This document shows positions 8,997 through 18,159 of a stretch of DNA of 41,644 nt, piece after piece (position 1 is the stretch's first letter; each line of letters begins with the position of its first letter). Origin of the DNA: an uncultured Comamonadaceae bacterium (GTDB taxonomy: Bacteria; Pseudomonadota; Gammaproteobacteria; Burkholderiales; Burkholderiaceae_C). The stretch lies in the NCBI GenBank assembly GCA_937862875.1, contig CALMCS010000649.1:1-41644 (forward strand). Reading direction: 5' to 3'. The notes beneath the pieces are model-generated. The model saw only the letters and a list, made by a program, of their open reading frames with translations, was not told the DNA's origin and searched no databases. A program made the position numbers and the translations under genes.

Positions 8997-10487
8997 TCAT
9001 CCGGTGTTCTTGCTTTCGGCCACGACCCGCTTCCAGGCACGCCAGAAGTTCGGGTCCTGGGTGTTGGCAAAGTTGATGCGCATGAGCGTGCAGGGTTGGC
9101 GCGTGGCATGGAACAGCGCGCCGGGCGCAATCAGATAGCCCTCGTCGAGCATCCGCTGGGTCAGCATGTCGGTGTCGACGCCGGTTTCCACCCAGCCGAA
9201 CATGCCCGCCGGTTCTGCCGCAAACGTGCAACCGGCCTTGAGCGCCAACTGCACGCTGCGCGCGCGGGCCTCGGCGATGCGCAGCCGCATGCGCTCGGAG
9301 TGGCGGCGCAGCTGGCCCTTCTCGATGCACAGGGCGAGTGCCTTTTCCAGAATGCTGGGCGTGGTGAGCGTGGACAGCAGCTTGGTGTCCAGCAAGCGCT
9401 CCACCAGATCCTCGGGCGCGGCGATGTAGCCGATGCGCCAGTTGGGCGCGAGAATCTTGGCAAAGCCGTTCACGTAGATCGTGCGCTTGAGCCCATCCAG
9501 ACTCGATAGCCGCGTGGCGTGCTGCGGCGCGATGTGGCCGTAGGTGTCGTCTTCCACCACGTAGAAATTGAAGCGTTCCGCCAGTTGCAGGATCTGGTGC
9601 GCGCTGCCGGGCGAGAGGCTGTAGCCCGTCGGGTTGTGCAGCACGCTCACGCTGACAAACAGCTTGGGTGCATAGGTTTCGCAGTAGCGCGCCATCACTT
9701 CCAGATCGGGCCCGTCAGGGCCGCGCGGCACGGGCAGCACGCGCATGCCGAGGGCATCGAGGCGCGCAAATTCGACCGACCAGCCGGGCTCCTCCACCAT
9801 CACCGGGTCGCCGGCTTTGAGCATCGTGCGGCTCACGATGTCGAGCGCATGCGTGGCGCCCACGGTGGTCATGATCTGTTCCGGCCCGGCGGTGATGTTG
9901 ATGTCGCCCAGTCGGCGCGCGAGCACCGCGCGCAACCCCGTGTCGCCCATCGGCTCGCCATAGCTGAGCGAGCCGGCGCGCAGGGTTTCGAGGTTGGTGA
10001 CCTTGCGCACCGCCGCTGGCATGAAGCGCGCCTCTTCGAGCCATTCCACCGGCAGCACGCCACAGCCCGGTTGCGGCTTGTCGGAGGCATGGTGGAACAT
10101 CCCCCGGATCAGCGTGGTGGCGTTGATGCGTGAGCCGGAGGTGCGGATGGGAACGGCACCGAGCGGCGACACGGGCCGCGCGGATGGCGAATGCGGCACC
10201 GGGAAAGTGGTGACATCGAGCCCTTCTTCATCGCGGGTCAGCACCGGCTTTTGCAGCAGATCGCGCACAAAGAAACCGCGCTGCCGACGCGCCTCGACCA
10301 GGCCCTGCGCGAGCAGCTTGTCGTAGGCCGCGACGACGGTATAGGCGCTCACGCCCTGCTGGCGGGCGCAGGCGCGCACCGACGGCAAACGCGCACCGGC
10401 CGGTAGCAACCGGGTGCGGATGCGCTCGGAAAAGCGCTCCGCCAGTTGGTCTGTCAGTGTTTGATCGGGGGTGCGCGTCAGGGCCAT
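8997..10487 (-). CDS. MocR/GabR-family regulator (GntR wHTH plus PLP aminotransferase domain)
   Basis: GARLPSVR...AYDKLLAQGLVEARRQRGFFV wHTH, then class I aminotransferase motifs (VEEPG, HNPTG, VVEDDTY, GFAKILAPNWRIGY). Start probably ATG 10487 rather than 10529. Confidence 0.92.
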   Translation of the reverse strand: MALTRTPDQTLTDQLAERFSERIRTRLLPAGARLPSVRACARQQGVSAYTVVAAYDKLLAQGLVEARRQRGFFVRDLLQKPVLTRDEEGLDVTTFPVPHSPSARPVSPLGAVPIRTSGSRINATTLIRGMFHHASDKPQPGCGVLPVEWLEEARFMPAAVRKVTNLETLRAGSLSYGEPMGDTGLRAVLARRLGDINITAGPEQIMTTVGATHALDIVSRTMLKAGDPVMVEEPGWSVEFARLDALGMRVLPVPRGPDGPDLEVMARYCETYAPKLFVSVSVLHNPTGYSLSPGSAHQILQLAERFNFYVVEDDTYGHIAPQHATRLSSLDGLKRTIYVNGFAKILAPNWRIGYIAAPEDLVERLLDTKLLSTLTTPSILEKALALCIEKGQLRRHSERMRLRIAEARARSVQLALKAGCTFAAEPAGMFGWVETGVDTDMLTQRMLDEGYLIAPGALFHATRQPCTLMRINFANTQDPNFWRAWKRVVAESKNTG

Positions 10488-10546
10488 GGCGGATGTAATG
10501 CGGGAGTGGGTCTGCGTTTCAACGGCCAACAGCCACCGACCGCTGG

Positions 10547-10616
10547 ATCTGTACTGGCCTCACGACCGATACAGATATTTAATTTGTAAGGCCAAACTGT
10601 ATCGGTACTGTAATGG
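10547..10616. promoter_or_regulatory. Probable MocR operator: four CTGTAnnGG boxes
   Basis: CTGTACTGG 10549-10557, CCGATACAG (inverted) 10566-10574, CTGTATCGG 10597-10605 and CTGTAATGG 10608-10616 in the divergent MocR/lysE spacer. A mix of direct and inverted repeats is typical of MocR operators. Confidence 0.65.
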
Positions 10617-10664
10617 TTTTTATCCTACAGTAAATCCCATAAATTCATTAGAACGACATCGTCA

Positions 10665-11264
10665 ATGCCTTTTGTTGAACTCTCCGCACTGCTGGTTCTC
10701 GCCACCGCCATGAGCTTTTCGCCCGGACCCAACACCACGCTGGCCGCAGCGCTCGGGGCCAACCGCGGCATTCGCCCAGCGATGCGGTTCGTGATGGCAG
10801 TGCCGGTGGGTTGGTGCGCCCTGCTGCTGCTGTGCTCGGCCGGGCTGGGAGCGATCCTCAGGGCCGCACCGACCCTGCGCTGGGGCATCAAGATCATCGG
10901 CATCGCCTACCTCGTGTGGCTCGCCTGGAAACTCAGCCAAAGCGGCCGCCTCTCCGAGGCCGATGCCTCGCGCATGGAGGTCGGTTTCTGGCAAGGCGCG
11001 GCCTTGCAATTCGTGAACATCAAAGCCTGGATGCTGGCGCTCACCATCGTCGCCGGTTGGATCGTCGGACGTGAGGACGCGCTGCTGCGCCTCGCCGTCG
11101 TCCTGCCCGTGATGGCATTCTTCGCCTTCACCAGCAATTTTCTCTATGCCTCGATCGGCGCATTGCTGCGCGATTGGCTCGCCATTGGCAAGCGCCTGCT
11201 GTGGTTCAACCGCTTCATGGCGCTGATTCTGGTGCTCACCGCCGCATGGATGGTGGCCGTATGA
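10665..11264 (+). CDS. LysE/RhtB family amino-acid exporter
   Basis: SFSPGPNT motif, AYLVWLAWK, FWQGAALQFVNIKAW; about 200 aa and hydrophobic. Confidence 0.9.
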   Translation: MPFVELSALLVLATAMSFSPGPNTTLAAALGANRGIRPAMRFVMAVPVGWCALLLLCSAGLGAILRAAPTLRWGIKIIGIAYLVWLAWKLSQSGRLSEADASRMEVGFWQGAALQFVNIKAWMLALTIVAGWIVGREDALLRLAVVLPVMAFFAFTSNFLYASIGALLRDWLAIGKRLLWFNRFMALILVLTAAWMVAV

Positions 11265-11292
11265 CGGTATGACGACATGACCACATGACTCC
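11261..11292. repeat. Short tandem repeat (ATGACnnn)x4
   Basis: ATGAC at 11261, 11269, 11277 and 11285, an exact 8-bp period. Confidence 0.6.
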
Positions 11293-11439
11293 CATGCAAT
11301 ACGCAGAGCGCCACGCGAGTACCGATTGAACGCCAAAGCGACAGAGTTGCAAACACCCACTTCGCCGCACGATCCAATACCGGGCGGCATCCCAAATATC
11401 AGGCAGACTATCGCCGATCCCACCTACAGGAGCTAAAAA

Positions 11440-12621
11440 ATGCAATGGAAACTGGCCGCACGCGCCGAAAAAATGAATCCCTCGGTGATCCGGGAAATCC
11501 TCAAAGTGACCGAGAAGCCAGGCATCATCAGCCTCGCCGGCGGCCTGCCCTCGCCCAAGACCTTCCCGATCGAAGCCTTCGCTGAAGCCTCTTCGCGCGT
11601 ACTGAACGACAACGGCGCTGCAGCACTGCAATACGCCGCCAGCGAAGGCTACGGCCCGCTGCGCCAGTCGATCGCCGACATGCTGCCGTGGGACATCGAT
11701 CCAGACCAGGTGCTGATCACCACCGGCTCGCAGCAGGCGCTGGACCTGATCGGCAAAGTGCTGATCGACACCGGCAGCCGCATTCTGGTCGAAACCCCCA
11801 CCTACCTGGGCGCACTGCAGGCCTTCAGCCCGATGGAGCCGAACGTGGTGTCCGTCGCCAGCGATGAAGATGGCCCGATCGTCGAAGACTTCGTTCGCAA
11901 GGTTGGCACCGGTGCGGACAAGGCGCGCTTCATGTACCTGCTGCCCAACTTCCAGAACCCCACCGGCCGCACCATGACCGATGCGCGTCGCCAGGAACTG
12001 GTCGACAAGGCCGCCGAACTCAACGTGCCGCTGGTCGAAGACAACCCGTACGGCGACCTGTGGTTCGACAACGCACCACCCAAGCCCATCACCGCGCGCA
12101 ATCCCGAAGGTTGCCTGTACATGGGTTCGTTCTCCAAGGTCCTCGCCCCCGGCCTGCGCCTGGGTTATGTGATCGCCCCGAAGAACGTCTATCCCAAGCT
12201 GCTGCAAGCCAAGCAGGCGGCCGATCTGCACACGCCTAGCTTCAACCAGCGCATGGTGTCCGAAGTGATCAAGGACGGTTTCCTGGATCGCCACGTTCCG
12301 ATGATCCGCGCGCTGTACAAGAAGCAGTGCGAAGCGATGATCGCCGCGCTGACCAAGGAAATGCAAGGCATGGACGTGACCTGGAGCCACCCTGCTGGCG
12401 GCATGTTCCTGTGGGTGCGCCTGCCGGAAGGTCTGAGCTCCATCGATCTGCTGCCCAAGGCAGTCGAGCGCAACGTGGCCTTTGTGCCGGGCGCTGCGTT
12501 CTATGCCGAAACCCCCGACGTGCGCACGCTGCGCCTGTCGTTCGTGACCGCGAGCGAGCAGGACATCGCCACCGCGATCGCTGCGCTGGCCGCCACGATC
12601 CGCGAAGCGCTGCCGCGCTGA
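11440..12621 (+). CDS. PLP-dependent aminotransferase, class I/II (2-aminoadipate transaminase-like)
   Basis: ISLAGGLP, TTGSQQALDL, PNFQNPTG, VEDNPY, GSFSKVLAPGLRLG (PLP lysine), LRLSF; AGGAG RBS. Confidence 0.92.
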   Translation: MQWKLAARAEKMNPSVIREILKVTEKPGIISLAGGLPSPKTFPIEAFAEASSRVLNDNGAAALQYAASEGYGPLRQSIADMLPWDIDPDQVLITTGSQQALDLIGKVLIDTGSRILVETPTYLGALQAFSPMEPNVVSVASDEDGPIVEDFVRKVGTGADKARFMYLLPNFQNPTGRTMTDARRQELVDKAAELNVPLVEDNPYGDLWFDNAPPKPITARNPEGCLYMGSFSKVLAPGLRLGYVIAPKNVYPKLLQAKQAADLHTPSFNQRMVSEVIKDGFLDRHVPMIRALYKKQCEAMIAALTKEMQGMDVTWSHPAGGMFLWVRLPEGLSSIDLLPKAVERNVAFVPGAAFYAETPDVRTLRLSFVTASEQDIATAIAALAATIREALPR

Positions 12622-12657
12622 GACTGAACAGTCCAACCAACGCACAGGAGACACGCC

Positions 12658-13278
12658 ATGCTGAGACTGTGGGGACGCACATCATCGATCAACGTGCGCA
12701 AGGTGATCTGGGCCGCGCAGGAGTTGGGCCTCTCGCTGCAACGCACCGATGCCGGTGGGCAGCATGGCCTCGTTCGCGAGGCCGAGTATCTGAGCCACAA
12801 CCCCAACGGTCTGGTGCCGATGATCGAGGACGAGGGCTACACGCTCTGGGAGTCCAACGTCATCGTGCGCTACCTGTGCTCCAAGCACTCGCATGGCACG
12901 CTCTACCCGGACGATACGCCCACGCGATTTCTGGCCGAGCAATGGATGGACTGGCAACAGACGACGTTCAACCCTGCCGGGCGCGGCGCATTCATTCAAC
13001 TGGTGCGCACCGCGCCTGAGCAGCGCGACGAGGCCGTGATCATTCAATCGATCAACGCCACCTTGCCGCAGCTGCTGTTGCTCGAAACCCATCTGAGCAA
13101 GAACGCGTTCATCGTCGGCGACAAATTCAGCATGGCCGACATCCCGGTGGGTTGCGAAATCCACCGCTGGTTCAACCTGCCGATTCAACGCCCGCCACTG
13201 CCGAACCTCGAGCGCTGGTACCAAGCGCTGTGCGAGCGCACCGGCGCGCGTGGCGTGCTCGATCAGCCACTGGCCTGA
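12658..13278 (+). CDS. Glutathione S-transferase (GstB/YliJ-like)
   Basis: LWGRTSSINVRKV, NPNGLVP, LWESNVIVRYL, EQWMDWQ, FSMADI. Confidence 0.92.
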   Translation: MLRLWGRTSSINVRKVIWAAQELGLSLQRTDAGGQHGLVREAEYLSHNPNGLVPMIEDEGYTLWESNVIVRYLCSKHSHGTLYPDDTPTRFLAEQWMDWQQTTFNPAGRGAFIQLVRTAPEQRDEAVIIQSINATLPQLLLLETHLSKNAFIVGDKFSMADIPVGCEIHRWFNLPIQRPPLPNLERWYQALCERTGARGVLDQPLA

Positions 13279-13317
13279 GTAGATTCTTTTCTTTTTTCTC
13301 ACCGTTCCGAGACTCCC

Positions 13318-14250
13318 ATGCGCCAACGCCGCTTCATGCAAATCGACGTGTTTTCTCCCGTGCCCTATCGAGGCAATCCGCTCGCCGTAGTCGTCGATGC
13401 GGAAGGTTTGAGCGACGCCGACATGCAGAACTTCGCGCGCTGGACGAATCTCTCGGAAACCACCTTTCTGCTGCCGCCCACGCACCCCGAGGCCGACTAC
13501 CGCGTGCGCATCTTCACTCCGAGCGAAGAGCTGCCGTTTGCGGGCCACCCCACGCTCGGCAGTTGCCACGCCTGGCTCGCCGCAGGCGGTCAGCCGCGCA
13601 ACGCCGATCGCGTCGTGCAGCAATGCGCCAAGGGATTGGTGCCCATTCAACGCCACCCGAACGACGTGCACGCGCCGCTGGCATTTGCCGCACCCTCGTC
13701 CACCCGCGAGGTGATGACCGAAGCGGATCTGGCACCCGTTCTGGAGGCACTCGGCCTGCAACGCGACGAGGTGACCGCGCACAGCCGACTCCACAACGGC
13801 CCGCGCTTCTGGGCCCTGCTGATGCATGACCCCGATCGCTTGATGGAACTGCAACCCGACAACGCACGGCTCTACGCGATCGGCGCGGAGGTCGGCATCG
13901 CCGCGCTGTATCCACCGCAAAACGCCGGCCTGATCGGCCGCGCCAGCCGCGAGGCCCGTGCCTTCAGCCACTCGGACACAACGGCACCGGCAGAACCTCA
14001 TATCGACATGGAGGTGCGTGTGTTCTTCAACGCCACCACCACCTCGGTGGAAGACCCGATCACCGGCAGCTTCAACGCCAGCCTCGCACAGTGGCTGATC
14101 GAAGAAGGCCATATCCGCGCACCGTATCTGGCCGCGCAGGGCACATGCCTCGGCCGTGATGGCCGCGTCTTCATCACGCAGGATGCGCAGTCGCAAGTCT
14201 GGGTCGGCGGCGCAAGCCACACCTGCATCGACGGGCAGATCACGCTATGA
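13318..14250 (+). CDS. PhzF family isomerase/epimerase
   Basis: IDVF...GNPLAVV, NLSETTF, RVRIFTP.EELPFAGHPTLG, EDPITGS, QGTCLGRDG. Confidence 0.92.
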   Translation: MRQRRFMQIDVFSPVPYRGNPLAVVVDAEGLSDADMQNFARWTNLSETTFLLPPTHPEADYRVRIFTPSEELPFAGHPTLGSCHAWLAAGGQPRNADRVVQQCAKGLVPIQRHPNDVHAPLAFAAPSSTREVMTEADLAPVLEALGLQRDEVTAHSRLHNGPRFWALLMHDPDRLMELQPDNARLYAIGAEVGIAALYPPQNAGLIGRASREARAFSHSDTTAPAEPHIDMEVRVFFNATTTSVEDPITGSFNASLAQWLIEEGHIRAPYLAAQGTCLGRDGRVFITQDAQSQVWVGGASHTCIDGQITL

Positions 14251-14951
14251 GCGCGGCGGCACAGATCGATCATCTGGTGGTCATGGCGCACAGCCTGGAT
14301 GCGGGCATCCAGTGGTGCGAAGCCACTCTGGGCGTGACACCACCCGGCGGCGGCGAACATGTCTTCATGGGCACGCACAACCGCTTGCTGAACCTGTCCA
14401 GCCCCGCGTATCCACGCGCCTATCTGGAAATCATCGCCCTCAATCCCGGCGCACAGCCCACGCGCGGCCCGGGACAAAAGCGCTGGTTCGACATGGATGA
14501 CGAGGCACTGCGCGCACAGATCGCCGAGCACGGTCCGCAGCTGATCCATTGGGTCGCGGCCACGCCCGAGCTGAGCGCATGCCACGCGAAATGGCGCGCC
14601 CTCGGCATCGACCGCGGCGAGATCGTGCAAGCCAGCCGCGCCACGCCCACCGGCACGCTGGAATGGCAGATCACCATCCGCGACGACGGCCAGCGCCTGA
14701 TGGATGGCTGCCTGCCCACGCTGATTCAATGGGGTGCCCAGCACGCCACCGACAGCCTGCCGAGCAGCGGCGTGCAGATTCAATCGTTCACGCTGGAGCA
14801 CCCCGATGCACAGCCGCTGCAACGCGCCTGCGATGCGGCCCAGATCTCCCCATCACAGGTCGTGATCGCGCCCGGTGCGACCGCCTCGATCCGCGCGACT
14901 CTCTCCACACCGCGCGGCCCCGTCACCCTGTCATCGAGAGCCCTCCCATGA
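14247..14951 (+). CDS. VOC family (glyoxalase-3-like) protein
   Basis: IDHLVV, GGEH..MGTHNRL, YLEIIA, LPTLIQWG; ATGA overlaps with both neighbours. Confidence 0.88.
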   Translation: MSAAAQIDHLVVMAHSLDAGIQWCEATLGVTPPGGGEHVFMGTHNRLLNLSSPAYPRAYLEIIALNPGAQPTRGPGQKRWFDMDDEALRAQIAEHGPQLIHWVAATPELSACHAKWRALGIDRGEIVQASRATPTGTLEWQITIRDDGQRLMDGCLPTLIQWGAQHATDSLPSSGVQIQSFTLEHPDAQPLQRACDAAQISPSQVVIAPGATASIRATLSTPRGPVTLSSRALP

Positions 14952-15952
14952 ACGCCGTGTTATCTGAATCCAGCGCAGAGTCGCTGCCCACGCTTGCCGA
15001 CATCGAAGCCGCCGCGCGCACGGTGTACGAAGAATTTCAGGCCACGCCGCAATACCGCTGGGCCCTGCTGTCCGAACGACTCGGCACCGATTGCTGGCTC
15101 AAGCACGAGAACCACAACCCCGTCGGCGCGTTCAAGATTCGCGGCGGATTGACCTACTTTGAACAGCTCGCCCAACGCAACGCCCTGCCCACCGAAGTCG
15201 TCAGCGCCACGCGCGGCAATCACGGTCAGAGCATGGGCTGGGCCGCGCGCAAACATGGCGTGGCCTGCACCATCGTCGTGCCGCACGGCAACTCCACGGA
15301 AAAGAACGCAGCGATGCGCGCGCTTGGCGTCACGCTGATCGAACACGGCGACGATTTTCAGGAAGCGCGCGAACACGCCTATGCGCTCGCCAAGGAACGC
15401 AACGCACTGATGGTGCCGAGTTATCACATCGACCTGGTCTGCGGCGTCGCCACCTACTGGTGGGAACTGCTGCGCGCGGTGCCCGATCTCGATGTGGTCT
15501 ACGTGCCGATCGGCATGGGCTCCGGCGCGTGCGCGGCGATCGCCGCCAAGCTCGCGCTGAACCACCGCGCACGCGTGGTCGGCGTGGTCAGCACACTCGC
15601 CACCACCTACCCCGATTCGATCGCCGCCGGTCGCGTCGTCGAAGCACCGGTCACCACGCAGATTGCCGATGGCATGGCGGTGCGCGTGGCCGATCCGTCG
15701 GCACTCGCGGTGTTGTCCGAGCATCTCGATCACATCGTGCAAGTCAGCGATGAAGAGGTCGCCGCGGCGATGCGCGCCATCTACGAAGACACACACAACG
15801 TCGCGGAAGGCGCAGGCGCTGCCGCGTTTGCGGCGGCCATGCAGGAGAAGGCACAGCTCAAGGGATTGAAGGTCGGCGCGGCCCTCACCGGCGGCAACGT
15901 CGACGCACCGGTGTTCGCCAAGGTGCTCGGCGCCCATCTCAGCGGCAACTAG
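14948..15952 (+). CDS. Threonine/serine dehydratase (PLP fold II, no ACT domain)
   Basis: LKHENHNPVGAFKIRGG, ATRGNHG, VPIGMGSG, IADGMAV, VAEGAGA, LTGGN. The true start is ATG 14948, overlapping the VOC stop, not 14549. Confidence 0.9.
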   Translation: MNAVLSESSAESLPTLADIEAAARTVYEEFQATPQYRWALLSERLGTDCWLKHENHNPVGAFKIRGGLTYFEQLAQRNALPTEVVSATRGNHGQSMGWAARKHGVACTIVVPHGNSTEKNAAMRALGVTLIEHGDDFQEAREHAYALAKERNALMVPSYHIDLVCGVATYWWELLRAVPDLDVVYVPIGMGSGACAAIAAKLALNHRARVVGVVSTLATTYPDSIAAGRVVEAPVTTQIADGMAVRVADPSALAVLSEHLDHIVQVSDEEVAAAMRAIYEDTHNVAEGAGAAAFAAAMQEKAQLKGLKVGAALTGGNVDAPVFAKVLGAHLSGN

Positions 15953-16011
15953 AGCCCCGCAGTCCCCACAGCGACAGCCATTTCCCCAAGGCGCACACAC
16001 AATGCGCCGCT

Positions 16012-16689
16012 ATGGGAACGCTCTATCTTGTACGCCACGGTCAGGCCTCGCTTGGCTCCGACAACTACGACCAACTCAGCCCCCGCGGGCATGAGCAAGC
16101 CGTTCGACTCGGTGAGTATTGGCGTTCCCGCGGCATGCATTTCGATGCCGTGGTTCGCGGCAGCCTGGTGCGCCACGAGCAAACGCTGAACGGCATTCTG
16201 CAAGGACTGCAAAGCACTACTTCATTCGACCCACTGGTCTTGCCAGCGTTGAACGAATATGACGGCGAGGCGCTGATCCAAGCCATCCATCCCGGCCCCC
16301 GCGTTGTCGCCGACACGCCGGAGCGCTACAAGCAATTTTTCCGCATCCTGTGCGACGCCCTCGCGCAATGGATGGCCGGCACCATCAGCCCGCGCGGCAT
16401 GCCCAGCTGGAATGATTTCTCGGCCGGCGTGCGCAGCACCCTCACGCAGATCCGCGAACAGCATGTGGGCCACAACGTGCTGCTGGTCTCGAGCGGCGGC
16501 CCCATCGCCACCGCCGTCAGCGAGGTCCTGGCCACGCCCGCCGAAGTGATGATTGCGCTGAACATGCGCATCAGAAACAGCGCGATCACGGAGTTCAGCA
16601 TCAGCCCGAAACGACTGATGCTGCAGACCTTCAATACCCTTCCGCATCTGGATACGGACGCGCATCGCGACTGGGCTACGTACGCGTAA
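16012..16689 (+). CDS. Histidine phosphatase (phosphoglycerate mutase) family protein
   Basis: LYLVRHGQ motif, LNEYD, LLVSSGGPI. Confidence 0.88.
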   Translation: MGTLYLVRHGQASLGSDNYDQLSPRGHEQAVRLGEYWRSRGMHFDAVVRGSLVRHEQTLNGILQGLQSTTSFDPLVLPALNEYDGEALIQAIHPGPRVVADTPERYKQFFRILCDALAQWMAGTISPRGMPSWNDFSAGVRSTLTQIREQHVGHNVLLVSSGGPIATAVSEVLATPAEVMIALNMRIRNSAITEFSISPKRLMLQTFNTLPHLDTDAHRDWATYA

Positions 16690-16703
16690 CCCCGATCAGC
16701 ACA

Positions 16704-17141
16704 TCAAGCGCCGGTACGATCCACCAGCTTGAATGTGCCGCTCGCCATGCCGAGCATTTCACCCGCTTCGTTGGTGATTTCGCCGCGCACAAAACACAGG
16801 CTGCGGCCGCGCTTTTCGCAGACGGCCGTGCAGATCACATCGGCCGCGGCGGGTGCGATGTAGTGAATGGTCAGGTCGACGGTGATGACGCCATACCGCT
16901 TGGGATCATGCGAGCGCGCTGCGGCGGACAGACCCACGTCGAGCAGGGTGGCGATCGCGCCGCCGTGCATGTCGCCGCGGCTGTTGGTGAATTGCTGCTG
17001 GTACGGCATACGGATGCGCGCACGCTCGTTGCCGATCGCCTCACCCTTGAGTTGAAAGGCCGCGGCCATGGCCATGGGCAGACCGAAAATGAGGTTCTCG
17101 GCTTCGGCGGGGTACAGGGGAATGTCTACGGAATCGTGCAT
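16704..17141 (-). CDS. PaaI family hotdog-fold thioesterase
   Basis: NSRGDMHGGAIATLLD, TVDLTIHYIAP. Confidence 0.88.
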   Translation of the reverse strand: MHDSVDIPLYPAEAENLIFGLPMAMAAAFQLKGEAIGNERARIRMPYQQQFTNSRGDMHGGAIATLLDVGLSAAARSHDPKRYGVITVDLTIHYIAPAAADVICTAVCEKRGRSLCFVRGEITNEAGEMLGMASGTFKLVDRTGA

Positions 17142-17168
17142 GAAAATTCTGGGAATCGGTGAAGTGAT

Positions 17169-18029
17169 TTATCGTGAACGGGACAAGGGCAGCGCGTGCA
17201 ATTCGCCGAGCAGTTGGACCAACGAAGCCGCCGCGCCGCGCACCACGCGCTCGCCCTTTTCTGCGCTTGCGCCCGCGGCATCTCCGACCGCACCGCTGGC
17301 GTTGTAGTCTTCGATGGCCCAGCCCATCTTGGCGCTGCGGCCATTGCCGAGCACCGCGTATTTCTCTGATCGATCTTGCGAGGTCGAGCGCCAATTCTCG
17401 GCGCGCTCCATGTGCACCGTGTGCGGCGCGAGGTGCAGCATCATCGAGGTTTCGATCTGCCCGGCGTGGATGCCAAACCGGTGCTCATGGGCGCTGAACT
17501 GTGCGTTCACTTCCTCGGGAAGTGGCAGGCTGAACCAACTGCTGCTGTACACCAGCAATCCATGCTGCATGCGCAGCTCGCGCGCCACGATGTCCATCAC
17601 GCTGACCTGTCCGCCATGGCCGTTCAGCAGAAGCAGTTTCTTGATTCCGGCGCGCGCCACGCAGGCACCGATTTCGGTCCACAAGGCCATGATGGTGGTC
17701 GGAGACAAGGTCAGCGTTCCGGCGAACGATGTGTGTTCGGTGCTGAAGCCAATATTTTGCGGCGGCAGAAACAGCACCGGCAGATCGGCGGGCAACTGCG
17801 GCAGCGCGGCATCGATCACGCCTTGCAACAGCGCCGCATCCACATTCAGCGGCAGGTGCGGGCCGTGCTGTTCGACCGCAGCCACCGGCAATATGGCGAT
17901 CGTCTCGGCGGCCAGGCCATTCGTCTGCGCCAGCGAAAAGTCGTGCGCACTCACCTCGGCCCAGAGTCGCGAAGGCCAAGCTGCTGGCGTGGGTGCGTGG
18001 GCGGATGAGGACGTCGTGCTGGTGTTCAT
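17169..18029 (-). CDS. Creatininase family amidohydrolase
   Basis: VEQHGPHLP..VD, STEH, LNGHGG, HAGQIETS. Start probably ATG 18029. Confidence 0.88.
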   Translation of the reverse strand: MNTSTTSSSAHAPTPAAWPSRLWAEVSAHDFSLAQTNGLAAETIAILPVAAVEQHGPHLPLNVDAALLQGVIDAALPQLPADLPVLFLPPQNIGFSTEHTSFAGTLTLSPTTIMALWTEIGACVARAGIKKLLLLNGHGGQVSVMDIVARELRMQHGLLVYSSSWFSLPLPEEVNAQFSAHEHRFGIHAGQIETSMMLHLAPHTVHMERAENWRSTSQDRSEKYAVLGNGRSAKMGWAIEDYNASGAVGDAAGASAEKGERVVRGAAASLVQLLGELHALPLSRSR

Positions 18030-18159
18030 GGGCAAATGACAACAAGGTGTGTTGGAAGCAACTCGAGTCTGCATTGTGGCAGCAAGCTATCGCCGTGGCC
18101 GGCAGCACGGGCGATTGTCTGGCAGACTTTGCGCTCACCCGGCCACACACTTCGCGCCT

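Noticed and set aside
10549-10630. LexA (SOS) box from the CTGT...ACAG pairs
   Set aside because: Spacers are 18 and 15 bp rather than 8; better explained as MocR boxes.
13318-14250. PhzF as evidence of a phenazine biosynthesis cluster
   Set aside because: No phzA/B/D/E/G genes are present; stand-alone PhzF-family proteins are common.
14549-14947. 133-aa N-terminal extension of the threonine dehydratase ORF
   Set aside because: It overlaps the VOC gene in another frame and is low-complexity Arg/Pro/Ala; ATG 14948, coupled to the VOC stop, is the natural start.
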